From an uncultured Candidatus Poseidoniales archaeon (GTDB taxonomy: Archaea; Thermoplasmatota; Poseidoniia; Poseidoniales; Thalassarchaeaceae), in contig CACGIM010000004.1 in assembly GCA_902573115.1 (NCBI GenBank), positions 1 through 52,659 on the forward strand: DNA of 52,659 bases. The letters are read 5' to 3'. Numbering within the stretch: the stretch's first letter is position 1; each line of letters starts with the position of its first letter. Shown here in pieces: positions 18,820 through 28,024 of this stretch. The translations under genes and the position numbers were made by a program. The notes under the pieces were generated by a model that saw only the letters and a program-made list of their open reading frames with translations, did no database searches and was not told where the DNA came from.

Positions 18820-20982
18820 CTAGCTTAACTTTGAGTTTCTATTTTTGAATAAGAGTAAACCAGCTACAACGAGAGCTGGGGTTGCGATCATCAGTATTAT
18901 TCCGTAATTGTTTGACCTAGCATCTTGACTTCCCAAAGAAACGTTGATCTCAATTTCACCATTCGTACCCGCGGCATTACTGTCCCACTGCAGGGTTAGA
19001 TTTTGAATATCTTCACTCTTTATTTCGAACTGAAACTCAATCGTTCCTATTTTTGGACCTGATTCTAAAGTTGCGGATATCGGTTGCTCTGACCACCTAC
19101 CACAAATATCCGATAGGCAAACTCTGGCGTAAGCATCATCTGTTCCCTCGTTCTGATAAGTCACCAGCAATGTCCCCATCTCCCCAACCCGTTCTCCTGA
19201 GAATGAGGTCTCGATGAGACTAATGTGTGCCCCTCTCTTGGGAAGAATCACAATATCAATAATCTGCTCAATAGAGTTCCCCTTGGAATCTGTGGAGTTA
19301 ACGATTATCTGGTGGAACCCTCGACTCAGCAATGGAATGGATGTAGACTCTGCTTCGGTCCAGTTTACATTTGAGACCAGAAGATCGGGAAGCTCGTTCT
19401 GAGATATATCATGTAACCAAATTGACCAGGCAAGGCGGTTTATATCATCAAGATCATCATATGATTGAGAAAGGTCGAGCGTCAGATTATCGCCCTCGTG
19501 AGCCTCATCGAATTCTATCTCTATCCCATTGGAAAATAGCTTTGGAATAATTGTTGGAGGGCTTGAATCGAGTACCCTAACTGTCCATTCCTCGGAGATG
19601 GTATTCCCTGCATCGTCAATCACCAGAAGCTGAACTGCAATCTCAGTTGGACTTCTCTGAATGTGTCTTGAGTAGAGATCGAGATGGGGTCCATTAACTT
19701 CGAAGCCCTGGTTAGCGGTGAAATGAAAAATATTCTCTGTTATTCCAGTCTGCCTCCATCCGTTGGAGATGTTGGTATGCATCTCTAGTGATACAGGTAG
19801 ACCAGAATCATCAGATGCATTGACGTAGAACTGGATCATAGTTCCTGCTGGAACCTCAATAACCTCTCTTTCTACATCGATATTATCCTGTTCATTGCTT
19901 GTTATAGTACCGGACCAGGTTGGAAAAACGGCATCAACGACAGAGTTGCTCTTCCAGATCGAGGATGAGCCGTGAGAATCAGTGCAGGTAGCGGTTACAT
20001 TGAGAGAGTCTCCATGTGAAAATCCTAATTCTGATGGAGCAAATTCAACCCATGGGTTTTGGTGTGTGTGGACTGTAATGTTCTCCAAAGAGACTATCCA
20101 TTGTACTATTGGAACCTCTAGCTGGCTATCGGAACAAGTAGATGAAAATGAAATGATTCTATCAAGAGTCGTCGTAGAAGAAGATGGGAACTTGTTTCCA
20201 GAAATCCTTGGGGGCTCATTGGCGTCGATTGTTATTCTAATGTCGTATGCTACTGGGGCTTTCGATCGATTGACGAGGAATGTATTGGGTTCTCCAGAAA
20301 TCAATTCCGACATTGGACTGAACCTGAATTCCCATCCATCGGGGAGATCGACCCAAAGCGGTACTTCTTCAATAATACCTCCAACCCTAGGCAGATCAAT
20401 TAGTCTTAGGACTCTTCCATCAGATATCCCAGTCAGGTTGGCTGATTCTGTCCACCCCCAGAATACGTTTGTCCTGTTTACTGGACCAATTTCTGGAGGT
20501 TGAACCACAATACTTGGCTCCCCGACCGCCATCATTGGAGAGTAGTCGAACCTACAACAACCCCCCATATAGGCGTTGGACCAATTTCTTTCCAACAGAA
20601 CCATGTCTGCAAAATCCTCTGCTTCTTCGTAGTCCAACCAACCATCAGAGTTACCCAATTCGGAATCTATTTGATTCAGCAGTCCCATTGTCCTATTTCC
20701 AAGGAGGTCGGTACCATAACTCTCCTCCACTGAAACCTCTGCATACCAAGTCGCATTGATCATTGAGCTATGGGAAATAGGACCGCTGAAATTAAGGAAA
20801 GATACTCCACTGATCAATTCATCATGATTTTGTCCTGAATTGGAGTGGTTTGCCTGATGTGAATTAGTATTTTTTTCAAGCGACTCCAGGCTATAGGAGC
20901 TAAATGACAAAGAAGCAATCATGAAGAAGTAGAAAAATGATAAAAGTGCCTGATTATTTTTTTTGTGTACCAAAATTTCCAC
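18820..20982 (-). CDS. Hypothetical cell-surface protein with Ig/PKD-like domains and a C-terminal TM anchor
   Basis: Signal-like N-terminus, beta-rich domains (NEPPRI, DSSPPTI, LDLSQSYDD) and a terminal hydrophobic helix followed by KNRNSK. Confidence 0.75.
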   Translation of the reverse strand: MEILVHKKNNQALLSFFYFFMIASLSFSSYSLESLEKNTNSHQANHSNSGQNHDELISGVSFLNFSGPISHSSMINATWYAEVSVEESYGTDLLGNRTMGLLNQIDSELGNSDGWLDYEEAEDFADMVLLERNWSNAYMGGCCRFDYSPMMAVGEPSIVVQPPEIGPVNRTNVFWGWTESANLTGISDGRVLRLIDLPRVGGIIEEVPLWVDLPDGWEFRFSPMSELISGEPNTFLVNRSKAPVAYDIRITIDANEPPRISGNKFPSSSTTTLDRIISFSSTCSDSQLEVPIVQWIVSLENITVHTHQNPWVEFAPSELGFSHGDSLNVTATCTDSHGSSSIWKSNSVVDAVFPTWSGTITSNEQDNIDVEREVIEVPAGTMIQFYVNASDDSGLPVSLEMHTNISNGWRQTGITENIFHFTANQGFEVNGPHLDLYSRHIQRSPTEIAVQLLVIDDAGNTISEEWTVRVLDSSPPTIIPKLFSNGIEIEFDEAHEGDNLTLDLSQSYDDLDDINRLAWSIWLHDISQNELPDLLVSNVNWTEAESTSIPLLSRGFHQIIVNSTDSKGNSIEQIIDIVILPKRGAHISLIETSFSGERVGEMGTLLVTYQNEGTDDAYARVCLSDICGRWSEQPISATLESGPKIGTIEFQFEIKSEDIQNLTLQWDSNAAGTNGEIEINVSLGSQDARSNNYGIILMIATPALVVAGLLLFKNRNSKLS

Positions 20983-20990
20983 CAGCTTTT

Positions 20991-21962
20991 TTAGTGAATT
21001 ATCTCAGAGCCAGAGAAGTCGATTGAAATGGGTAAAATCCTGTTTTCTCGAGGTAGTTTGGATTCCATAATTTCCCTAAAATTACTTTCTCCAAAAACCA
21101 ATAGGAAACCTCCTGAGCCAGCCCCAAGAAGCTTTGCTCCCTTTGCACCCATTGACATAATACTTTGATACAGTTTGTCAATTTCTTGATTGCTTACAGC
21201 GGGGGAGGTTTTCCTCTTTGTTAGCCACGCATCATTGAGTAGCACACCTAACGAATCTAGATCGCCAGACTCTACCATCTCTGCCGCCATATCAGCCTGA
21301 TCTCTAATTTTTCTCAACTTCGAAAGCTTATCTTCCTCGGAAGATGATTTAGCAGCAAGAACCTTGCTAGCACTTCTAGTCATGCCAGTATAAACCAGGG
21401 TGAATTTACTTGAGATTTCGTCCGACAGGTTTTCATTGATTAGTATAGGCTCAACTTCGACACCAGCTGATCCGAAACGAATAGAGTTGAAGCCCCCGAA
21501 TGATGCAGCATACTGGTCCTGCCTCCCTATGGGAGCTCCTAGGATGTCGATCTCTACCCTGCATGCCTCCTCTGCAAGTTGTTCCTTTGATGGTGACCTG
21601 CCTTGGAGGTTGTGCAGTGCATTGAGGAGTCCAACAGTAACCGTCGAAGAAGACCCCAAACCTGTACCTCGACCGGGAATATCTGCAATAGTCGTGATCT
21701 CAATTCCTGATTCAACACCTGTTAGCCGCATGGCCTCCCTTACAAGTGCATGTTGAATTTCATCAACCGACCCGACGTTTTCGATTTCTGAATATGATAC
21801 TCGAATTTTTTCATCAAATCTTCTATTTAGAGTGACATAGACGTATTTGTCGATAGCTATTGAGACAACTCGTCCTCCATTTGGCTCACTACGAGCGAAG
21901 CCATCTAAATCGGTGCCCCCTCCACAGAAAGACACTCTTAGTGGCGTTCGGCTGATTATCAT
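20991..21962 (-). CDS. GHMP kinase, D-glycero-alpha-D-manno-heptose-7-phosphate kinase (HddA)-like
   Basis: Motifs SRTPLRVSFCGGGTD, PGRGTGLGSSS, GRQDQYAASFGG and KLLGAGSGGF. Confidence 0.85.
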   Translation of the reverse strand: MIISRTPLRVSFCGGGTDLDGFARSEPNGGRVVSIAIDKYVYVTLNRRFDEKIRVSYSEIENVGSVDEIQHALVREAMRLTGVESGIEITTIADIPGRGTGLGSSSTVTVGLLNALHNLQGRSPSKEQLAEEACRVEIDILGAPIGRQDQYAASFGGFNSIRFGSAGVEVEPILINENLSDEISSKFTLVYTGMTRSASKVLAAKSSSEEDKLSKLRKIRDQADMAAEMVESGDLDSLGVLLNDAWLTKRKTSPAVSNQEIDKLYQSIMSMGAKGAKLLGAGSGGFLLVFGESNFREIMESKLPRENRILPISIDFSGSEIIH

Positions 21963-22038
21963 CGAGTTCCGGGGACAGAGTGTCACTCATCAAGACGCCG
22001 GTACACGTAATATGTCCCCACAGGCAATGACAAGGCAT

Positions 22039-23001
22039 ATGAGAGGACTGCTTCCGCGATGGAGAGAGAGTATGGGCGACCTAGTCACTATGGACGATCT
22101 AACTAACGACGAGATTTTATCCGTACTTGGGGATGCAAATAGGTTGCTTCCCGTGGCCAAAGGAACTCTACACCTTCCACTTCTGGAGGGTAAGGTCTTA
22201 GCAAACATGTTTTTTGAAAACTCCACTAGAACAAGGATGTCTTTTGAAGCAGCAATGAAGAGGTTGGGAGGATCGGTCCTCAACTTTAGTTCGGTGGGAA
22301 CATCAGTTGCCAAAGGTGAGACTCTATTTGACACCATGCAAATGATTGATGGATATGCAGATATTGCCGCTATTAGACATCCAAGGCAAGGAGCAGCTCA
22401 GTATAGCGCAGATTCCGTTGAGATTCCGATCCTCAATGCTGGAGACGGAGCTGGCAATCACCCTACTCAAACGATGCTAGACCTATTTACAATAAATAAT
22501 TCCCACGGATCCCTGGATGGATTGAATGTGATCCTGGTGGGTGACTTACGATATGGTAGGACTGTTCACAGCCTATCTCACGCCTTGGTAAGATTTGGTG
22601 CTAGCCTGACTATGGTTTCCCCCACAAGTCTTAGAATGCCAAAGGAAATAGTCTCTGATTTAAGATCACACGGTGCCGAAGTCAATGAGGCAGAATCGCT
22701 TCAAGATCAGATTCCAGATGCCGATGTGATATACATGACGAGGATACAGAAGGAAAGGTTCCCCGACGAGGATGAATATGCAAAGGTCGCAGGTATTTAC
22801 AAATTGAGAGCTTCAGATCTCTCTGGAGTCAAGAAAGCTATGATAGTGATGCACCCCCTTCCTAGGGTCGACGAAATAGACCCTAGTCTGGACTCGACTG
22901 ACCACGCCAAGTACTTCGAGCAGGCATTCAATGGAGTCCCAACGAGAATGGCATTACTCTGTAGGAGTCTAGGAGTTGAGGTTCCAAAGAAGGTGAGCTG
23001 A
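22039..23001 (+). CDS. pyrB: Aspartate carbamoyltransferase catalytic subunit
   Basis: Motifs FFENSTRTRMSF, NAGDGAGNHPTQ, GDLRYGRTVHS and MHPLPR. The start lies between 22012 and 22072. Confidence 0.96.
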   Translation: MRGLLPRWRESMGDLVTMDDLTNDEILSVLGDANRLLPVAKGTLHLPLLEGKVLANMFFENSTRTRMSFEAAMKRLGGSVLNFSSVGTSVAKGETLFDTMQMIDGYADIAAIRHPRQGAAQYSADSVEIPILNAGDGAGNHPTQTMLDLFTINNSHGSLDGLNVILVGDLRYGRTVHSLSHALVRFGASLTMVSPTSLRMPKEIVSDLRSHGAEVNEAESLQDQIPDADVIYMTRIQKERFPDEDEYAKVAGIYKLRASDLSGVKKAMIVMHPLPRVDEIDPSLDSTDHAKYFEQAFNGVPTRMALLCRSLGVEVPKKVS

Positions 23002-23468
23002 TGTCAGAAATGAGAAGGGTGACGGCAATTAGAAACGGTACAGTGGTTGACCACATACCATCAGGTAGAGCAATGCAGGTAATCAGGTTGTTAAGGATAG
23101 ACACGGACAGGTCAACCCCTGTATCTTTGGTCATGAACGTTCCAAGCGACAAGATAGGTAGGAAGGATGTACTGAAGATAGAGGACCGGGAGCTTAGTCA
23201 CAAAGAGCTCGACAGGTTAGCTCTAATCGCCCCATCTGCCAGCATAGCAATAATCAGAAATCATGCTGTCGCTGAAAAGATGATGGTCGAACTGGCTGAT
23301 GACCTAGTGAACATAGCCAGATGCTCATTTTCAAACTGCATCACGATCAACGACAGAGAACCATTGCCTCAAAGGATGAGGGTAGTTAATAGGGATCCGC
23401 TGGAAATCAGGTGCTACTATTGTGGAAGAGGTCAAGATATTGAAGAGCTGATAGAGAAAATACTTTGA
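23001..23468 (+). CDS. pyrI: Aspartate carbamoyltransferase regulatory subunit
   Basis: Motifs IRNGTVVDHI, GRKDVLKIE and Zn site CSFSNC...CYYC; TGATG overlap with pyrB. Confidence 0.95.
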   Translation: MSEMRRVTAIRNGTVVDHIPSGRAMQVIRLLRIDTDRSTPVSLVMNVPSDKIGRKDVLKIEDRELSHKELDRLALIAPSASIAIIRNHAVAEKMMVELADDLVNIARCSFSNCITINDREPLPQRMRVVNRDPLEIRCYYCGRGQDIEELIEKIL

Positions 23469-23479
23469 CTGAGAATATG

Positions 23480-23516
23480 ATATAATTTATATTAAGTAAC
23501 GACTTAAACATTAAGT
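23480..23516 (+). promoter_or_regulatory. AT-rich palindrome cluster (candidate promoter/operator)
   Basis: ATATAA-t-TTATAT at 23480-23492, then TTAAGT-aacg-ACTTAA-aca-TTAAGT at 23492-23516. Confidence 0.4.
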
Positions 23517-23539
23517 TTCTTCTATTACGCCAATTATCT

Positions 23540-24241
23540 ATGAGTAATCAAAATTTGACGCCTATAATGCTTTTAGCTGGACCTGTTTTACTTCTGGGGG
23601 CATTTATCATGTGGCCTGCCCAGACCTATGTTGGAGAGCGCGCAACACAGTCTCTAATTGATGAGGCTGACACGTTGATGCCTCTCCTAGTTGCAGCGAC
23701 ACTCGGTGTTATTTTGATGTTTGGAGGGCTTCACTTACTAAATTCAGAGATGATGGATGGATCTGATGGAATGAATAAGCAGCTACTAACAGTAGGGAGC
23801 ATGCTAATAATGGTCTCATTAGTTTCATTCGTGATTGGGCTTGGTAGTAATGTTACCATCATCAATAATGTTGACGTCCCGCAAGATGAGTCAGAGGAAT
23901 GGGTGGATAACGCATACGTGGATCAGGAAGACTACATGGATTCCCAAAACAGCGCAATTGACGCAGGTGCAGTTATTTGGCAGATGTCGCCTGTTACATG
24001 GGGTTTGGCTATGATTATCATTGGATTGGTTGCATTCCTTTCCGAAAGACAGGAAGGTGCTATGGGATTGGTACTACCAGCCTTGATGCCTATCGGAACA
24101 TTATTCCTAAGCTCCCCGATAATCAATAACCCGGATTTATTTAACGCGGTATTCCCTTTGGTCATGATAACCCACGCAGCACTAGGTGGGCTAATGCTTG
24201 CAGGGATGGTGGAAGTTCCCGGTGGAGCTTCTGAGACTTAG
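23540..24241 (+). CDS. Hypothetical integral membrane protein (~6 TM) with an acidic loop
   Basis: 233-aa ORF with hydrophobic helices flanking the loop DVPQDESEEWVDNAYVDQEDY. Confidence 0.8.
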   Translation: MSNQNLTPIMLLAGPVLLLGAFIMWPAQTYVGERATQSLIDEADTLMPLLVAATLGVILMFGGLHLLNSEMMDGSDGMNKQLLTVGSMLIMVSLVSFVIGLGSNVTIINNVDVPQDESEEWVDNAYVDQEDYMDSQNSAIDAGAVIWQMSPVTWGLAMIIIGLVAFLSERQEGAMGLVLPALMPIGTLFLSSPIINNPDLFNAVFPLVMITHAALGGLMLAGMVEVPGGASET

Positions 24242-24245
24242 AAGA

Positions 24246-25247
24246 TCAAGTATCTTCTGAGAGCCATTTCCTCATCGTGCATGATTGACATATGTCCCGA
24301 CTGGTTATTTCACCACAGATTGTGCAATTGTTTACTTGCTGCTTGGAGTCTGGATTGGCATGCCTGTGGAGATCCCTAATCTGATCTAGAGAGTGGAGTA
24401 GCCCGTGCCTGGCTCCTGGTGTTTGAGACTCCAAATTTGCCACCAACGCCCTGCTCTGCTGTCGCATCGCCCCCCTTGCATGAGGACAGTCTCCGTGATG
24501 GATTGGGAGTCCAGAATATATTGCAAAGGCATGAATTTCCTGCTCAGGAACCCAACGGAGAGGTACAATTCGTGGAACGATTCCCTCAATTGGAGACTGT
24601 GTGTGAGGCGCTAGTCTAACGGATCTCTCGACCTCACCCTTTTGTAAATTCATCAGGACGGATTGGGCCATATCGTCTAGGTTATGGCCAAGCGCCATCA
24701 CGTCAGCGTCTAGTCTTTCGGCCATGGTATTGAGGCTTTGTCTCCGAAACACGCCACAATAGGAACAAGGCATCAGACCATTTGCTTCTGTGTGCCTCTG
24801 CCCTATCGATGGGATCATCTGGACGACTTTGTCCATTCTCTCATAACCCATCTCTTCATACGCCATAGTTTCAAATCTCACTCCCAAAGACTTGGCAAGC
24901 TCCCTTGCAAATTCCATTGAAGGGGCCCTGTATCCGTTGATTCCTTCATCGACGCATACGGCAATTAACTCGACGTCCCTTCGACGACCGATTATTTCAG
25001 ACATCATTGACAGGAGTACTGCAGAATCCTTACCTCCAGATATAGCCACTAGGATCCTGAATGGGGTTCCATCTAACCTAGTTGCATCCTTGGGTAGTTC
25101 CAACTGAATTCTGAGCTCTTTTGACGTTCTTTTTCTTATGGATGACGAGAGATGCTTCCCACAAAGGTGCTGTCCACTGTATGGCTGGTGCACTATTGAG
25201 TCTGAACGGCACCTACTGCAGGACTGCACCTCAATAGCCGAGTCCAT
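24246..25247 (-). CDS. ncsA: tRNA 2-thiolation protein NcsA/TtuA (TIGR00269-like PP-loop ATPase)
   Basis: Motifs SGGKDS, CSYCGVFRR and GHNLDD, with N- and C-terminal Zn fingers (CSRC...C..H; CTIC...CQSC). Confidence 0.88.
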   Translation of the reverse strand: MDSAIEVQSCSRCRSDSIVHQPYSGQHLCGKHLSSSIRKRTSKELRIQLELPKDATRLDGTPFRILVAISGGKDSAVLLSMMSEIIGRRRDVELIAVCVDEGINGYRAPSMEFARELAKSLGVRFETMAYEEMGYERMDKVVQMIPSIGQRHTEANGLMPCSYCGVFRRQSLNTMAERLDADVMALGHNLDDMAQSVLMNLQKGEVERSVRLAPHTQSPIEGIVPRIVPLRWVPEQEIHAFAIYSGLPIHHGDCPHARGAMRQQSRALVANLESQTPGARHGLLHSLDQIRDLHRHANPDSKQQVNNCTICGEITSRDICQSCTMRKWLSEDT

Positions 25248-25321
25248 GTTTGTCCGCTACATTACACATGCTTGAACCCATCCTCCGGTGAATTGATTCG
25301 GGATTCCTCAATCGTAGACCC

Positions 25322-25567
25322 ATGGATGGACCTGAGGCTCTTCCCAATAGAACTGAAGTGGGCTCGAAGAAATTCTCTCCTTGGCCAGATAGATTGGCCC
25401 TTGTTTCACTTTCAATGATTGCTGTTTTTGCCGCCCCCTTGATTTCTTCCTCTTTGGAGGGTTTCCTAGGAGATCATTCTATGATGGCAACGATCTGTGG
25501 TTTTTTGATATTGATACCTGTATTGGCCACATCTATTGGTAAAATATATGTCAGAATTAAGGAATGA
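25322..25567 (+). CDS. Small 2-TM hypothetical membrane protein
   Basis: 81-aa ORF that fills the intergenic space and has two hydrophobic helices. Confidence 0.55.
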   Translation: MDGPEALPNRTEVGSKKFSPWPDRLALVSLSMIAVFAAPLISSSLEGFLGDHSMMATICGFLILIPVLATSIGKIYVRIKE

Positions 25568-26770
25568 TCAAGACCTGATCCTAGAGATTCCAGATTCTAT
25601 GTATCCAGAAACTGTCTGCCATGGGACAAGAAATCTCATTCCTGCGACAGCGATGATGAATAGGCCCGCTGAGATAACTTTTCCATAGGTCATCTGAAGT
25701 TCCAGGGACTCTTTGACTTGCCCGGACCACTGAGTCCCCTCAAGTATTCCTACTATTGAGATCATCAGGTCGTCGAATGCGAGAGCGAGAGCAGTGGTTA
25801 TTCCCACTAATGCTATGATGACGCCCATTTGCACTAAATGAGAATTGACAACGTTGTTGAACTGTTTTATGAACTCTGAGTCCCTCTTTGATTCCTCCGG
25901 CAAGGAGGCAGCATACTCCATGTGTCCTATTGCAGCTGTTCCGGATTCTAAGAATAGAAGCATTAGCAAGGCCACCCCCAAAAGAGACCAAGCTAATTCA
26001 GAAACCAGCCCTCCGAACATTGTTCCCTCCCCAATTTGTGTTGGAAGAGCATTCAGGCCTACGTCGACCTCCGAGAGAATGGGCTCGAAAGTAAGGATCG
26101 AGTGGAAAGCAATGACAACGATGTAGTATCCTAGAGCCCATGTTATCGCCCTTTTTGACAGGCCCCAGATCCCCACCAGTCCTGCAAGAACCGGAGCAAA
26201 TACTACTCCTAGAAAAATTAGCTCTGCGACTAGTCCCATGGGAGAAAATAACTCTCCCATGTGGTTAAGAGATTCCTCACTGTTCCACGGGAGGTGAAAG
26301 CCGTTGCTAAATGTAGCCATTATCCATGAACCGATAAAAGGGATTATCGCCCAAGCCGCGAAGAAAATGGCCACTCCTTGCTTGATCTTAGTCTGAAAAT
26401 CATAAGGAGCAGCCCAGTATCTGTCTACAGCCACCACTGCGACTACACACATCAGAAGAGGGGCTAAGAGGGTCATTAATCCGGTCTGGTTAACTCCCAG
26501 AAGGAAGTCTGGGATTAGGAGTCCACCTCTGTTATCAAGCCACATTAGCCCTCTGGTATGCTCATACGAAGGACACCAAACGTTCTCATTGTTGTTATTG
26601 TCTATGATGAATTGATCGCTACAAGGACCGTAGATATCGCTCATCCGTTTTAGAAGTAGGAGTAGGGAGCCAGTAGAGATAATTTGCAGAACTAGAATCT
26701 GCCATTTCCTCCTTAAAGCCGGTATATGCAGGGTTTCCATGGCCTCACCATCCTTCTTTCCGATTTCCAT
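25568..26770 (-). CDS. Hypothetical multi-pass membrane protein
   Basis: 400 aa with about 8 hydrophobic segments; starts 6 nt after the DUF58 gene. Confidence 0.82.
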   Translation of the reverse strand: MEIGKKDGEAMETLHIPALRRKWQILVLQIISTGSLLLLLKRMSDIYGPCSDQFIIDNNNNENVWCPSYEHTRGLMWLDNRGGLLIPDFLLGVNQTGLMTLLAPLLMCVVAVVAVDRYWAAPYDFQTKIKQGVAIFFAAWAIIPFIGSWIMATFSNGFHLPWNSEESLNHMGELFSPMGLVAELIFLGVVFAPVLAGLVGIWGLSKRAITWALGYYIVVIAFHSILTFEPILSEVDVGLNALPTQIGEGTMFGGLVSELAWSLLGVALLMLLFLESGTAAIGHMEYAASLPEESKRDSEFIKQFNNVVNSHLVQMGVIIALVGITTALALAFDDLMISIVGILEGTQWSGQVKESLELQMTYGKVISAGLFIIAVAGMRFLVPWQTVSGYIESGISRIRS

Positions 26771-26776
26771 AATTCA

Positions 26777-28024
26777 TCACCTAGATTGCATGAGGGCCTG
26801 CGAGAGTTCCACATCGGGCATCCAATCAATTACTTTGGCGCCAAATCCTGAAACTGCTGTAAGTCTGTTCTGTCTTTCTAACTTCAGTACCTCATATGCC
26901 ATCCTCGGAATCCTACTAACTAATCTCTCCAGGTCGACACTACTGGGTGATAGGACAATTACCTCGTGGCCGTTTCCTGACAGGTTTCTGATTGCTGGTA
27001 TGGTGGTTCCATCTCCCTCCATGCTGCTGATAATGAAAACTGGTGACCCCCTACTTATTCTAGGAGCTAGTGAGTTAGTCACTGCCTGCAATGGCATTGA
27101 TCCTGATGGAGATACGGATGCTAGACTACTGAGAATTTTATACTGCTGCTTATCACCAGTATCCGGTGGTAGGAATTCCATTCTACTTCCGTATGTTACC
27201 ATGGCCACGGAATCCTTCCTCTTGAGGAAGTGGCTACCTATCGAGGCAGCAGCGGAAGCTCCCATCTCCAAGGGGTTCTTCAAAACAGTCCCAATTCTGC
27301 TGACCTCTCTGGTGTCTAAGATAACGAATACGTCAGTGACTGCATCTCTAGTCTTCTGGTTCACCATCAGATCACCAGTTCTAGCGAATGCCTTCCAGTT
27401 GATTGATCTTAATGAGTCGGTGGAAAGGTACTCCCTAAGTGAATAGAATTCCATACCTGGGCCTGGAGTCCTAAGAGTAGTAGCTCCAGTGTACATTTTT
27501 GGAACATCTGCTCTAAGCATAGCATCCTCAACATCTCTTACCTGAGGGAATACTGTGATGTCGCAAAGATCCTCGATTTTTGACTCGTTTACGAATAGTC
27601 CGAATGCGTTCTTGTACCTCACAGAAATTGGGCCTACGGAATAATGACCGCGCAGAGGGCATCTTAGCATGTAATCAAGCTTGGTAGTCTGCCCGGGACC
27701 GAGGTTCAATCTCATTTGGTTTATTCCTCTTCTAATTTTCATTTCGTGAGGGACATTGTCAAAGATCTCAATCTGCTGAGTTCTCCGGTAAGAATTGTTT
27801 GTAATTGTTATAGAAATCTCGATTAGATCACCTTTGTAGACATTGGAGTGCGGTACGTATCTTGTTATCTCCAATTCAGAATGACCTGAAATCCATGCAC
27901 TGATAGAAATGAATGAAATGAACGTCAGACCAATAATCATCATCTGGAAATTTGAAATCATCATTCCGACAAGAATGAGGCTTATTCCTCCGGCCAACAT
28001 AATTGCTGCCTTTCTAGTCCACAT
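26777..28024 (-). CDS. DUF58 family protein (vWA-like, usually MoxR-associated)
   Basis: Two N-terminal TM helices, then RGHYSVGP, GMEFYSLREY...DSLRSINWKAFAR and VFVILD. ATG 28024 is preferred; the track start is 28036. Confidence 0.9.
   Translation of the reverse strand: MWTRKAAIMLAGGISLILVGMMISNFQMMIIGLTFISFISISAWISGHSELEITRYVPHSNVYKGDLIEISITITNNSYRRTQQIEIFDNVPHEMKIRRGINQMRLNLGPGQTTKLDYMLRCPLRGHYSVGPISVRYKNAFGLFVNESKIEDLCDITVFPQVRDVEDAMLRADVPKMYTGATTLRTPGPGMEFYSLREYLSTDSLRSINWKAFARTGDLMVNQKTRDAVTDVFVILDTREVSRIGTVLKNPLEMGASAAASIGSHFLKRKDSVAMVTYGSRMEFLPPDTGDKQQYKILSSLASVSPSGSMPLQAVTNSLAPRISRGSPVFIISSMEGDGTTIPAIRNLSGNGHEVIVLSPSSVDLERLVSRIPRMAYEVLKLERQNRLTAVSGFGAKVIDWMPDVELSQALMQSR

Noticed and set aside
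21847-22038. Long N-terminal extension of PyrB, and similarly of the thioesterase (5611-5718)
   Set aside because: These are longest-ORF artefacts overlapping divergent genes; downstream ATGs give normal-sized proteins.
23540-24241. Possible rhodopsin, given the likely Marine Group II host
   Set aside because: About 6 TM, no RYxDW-type helix C motif and no retinal-binding Lys in the last helix.
26739-27446. Long antisense ORFs (26739-27446, 9521-10126, 30576-31115, 31737-32288, 19982-20503 and similar)
   Set aside because: They lie opposite well-supported genes, are Ser/Ile-rich shadow translations and have no recognisable motifs.
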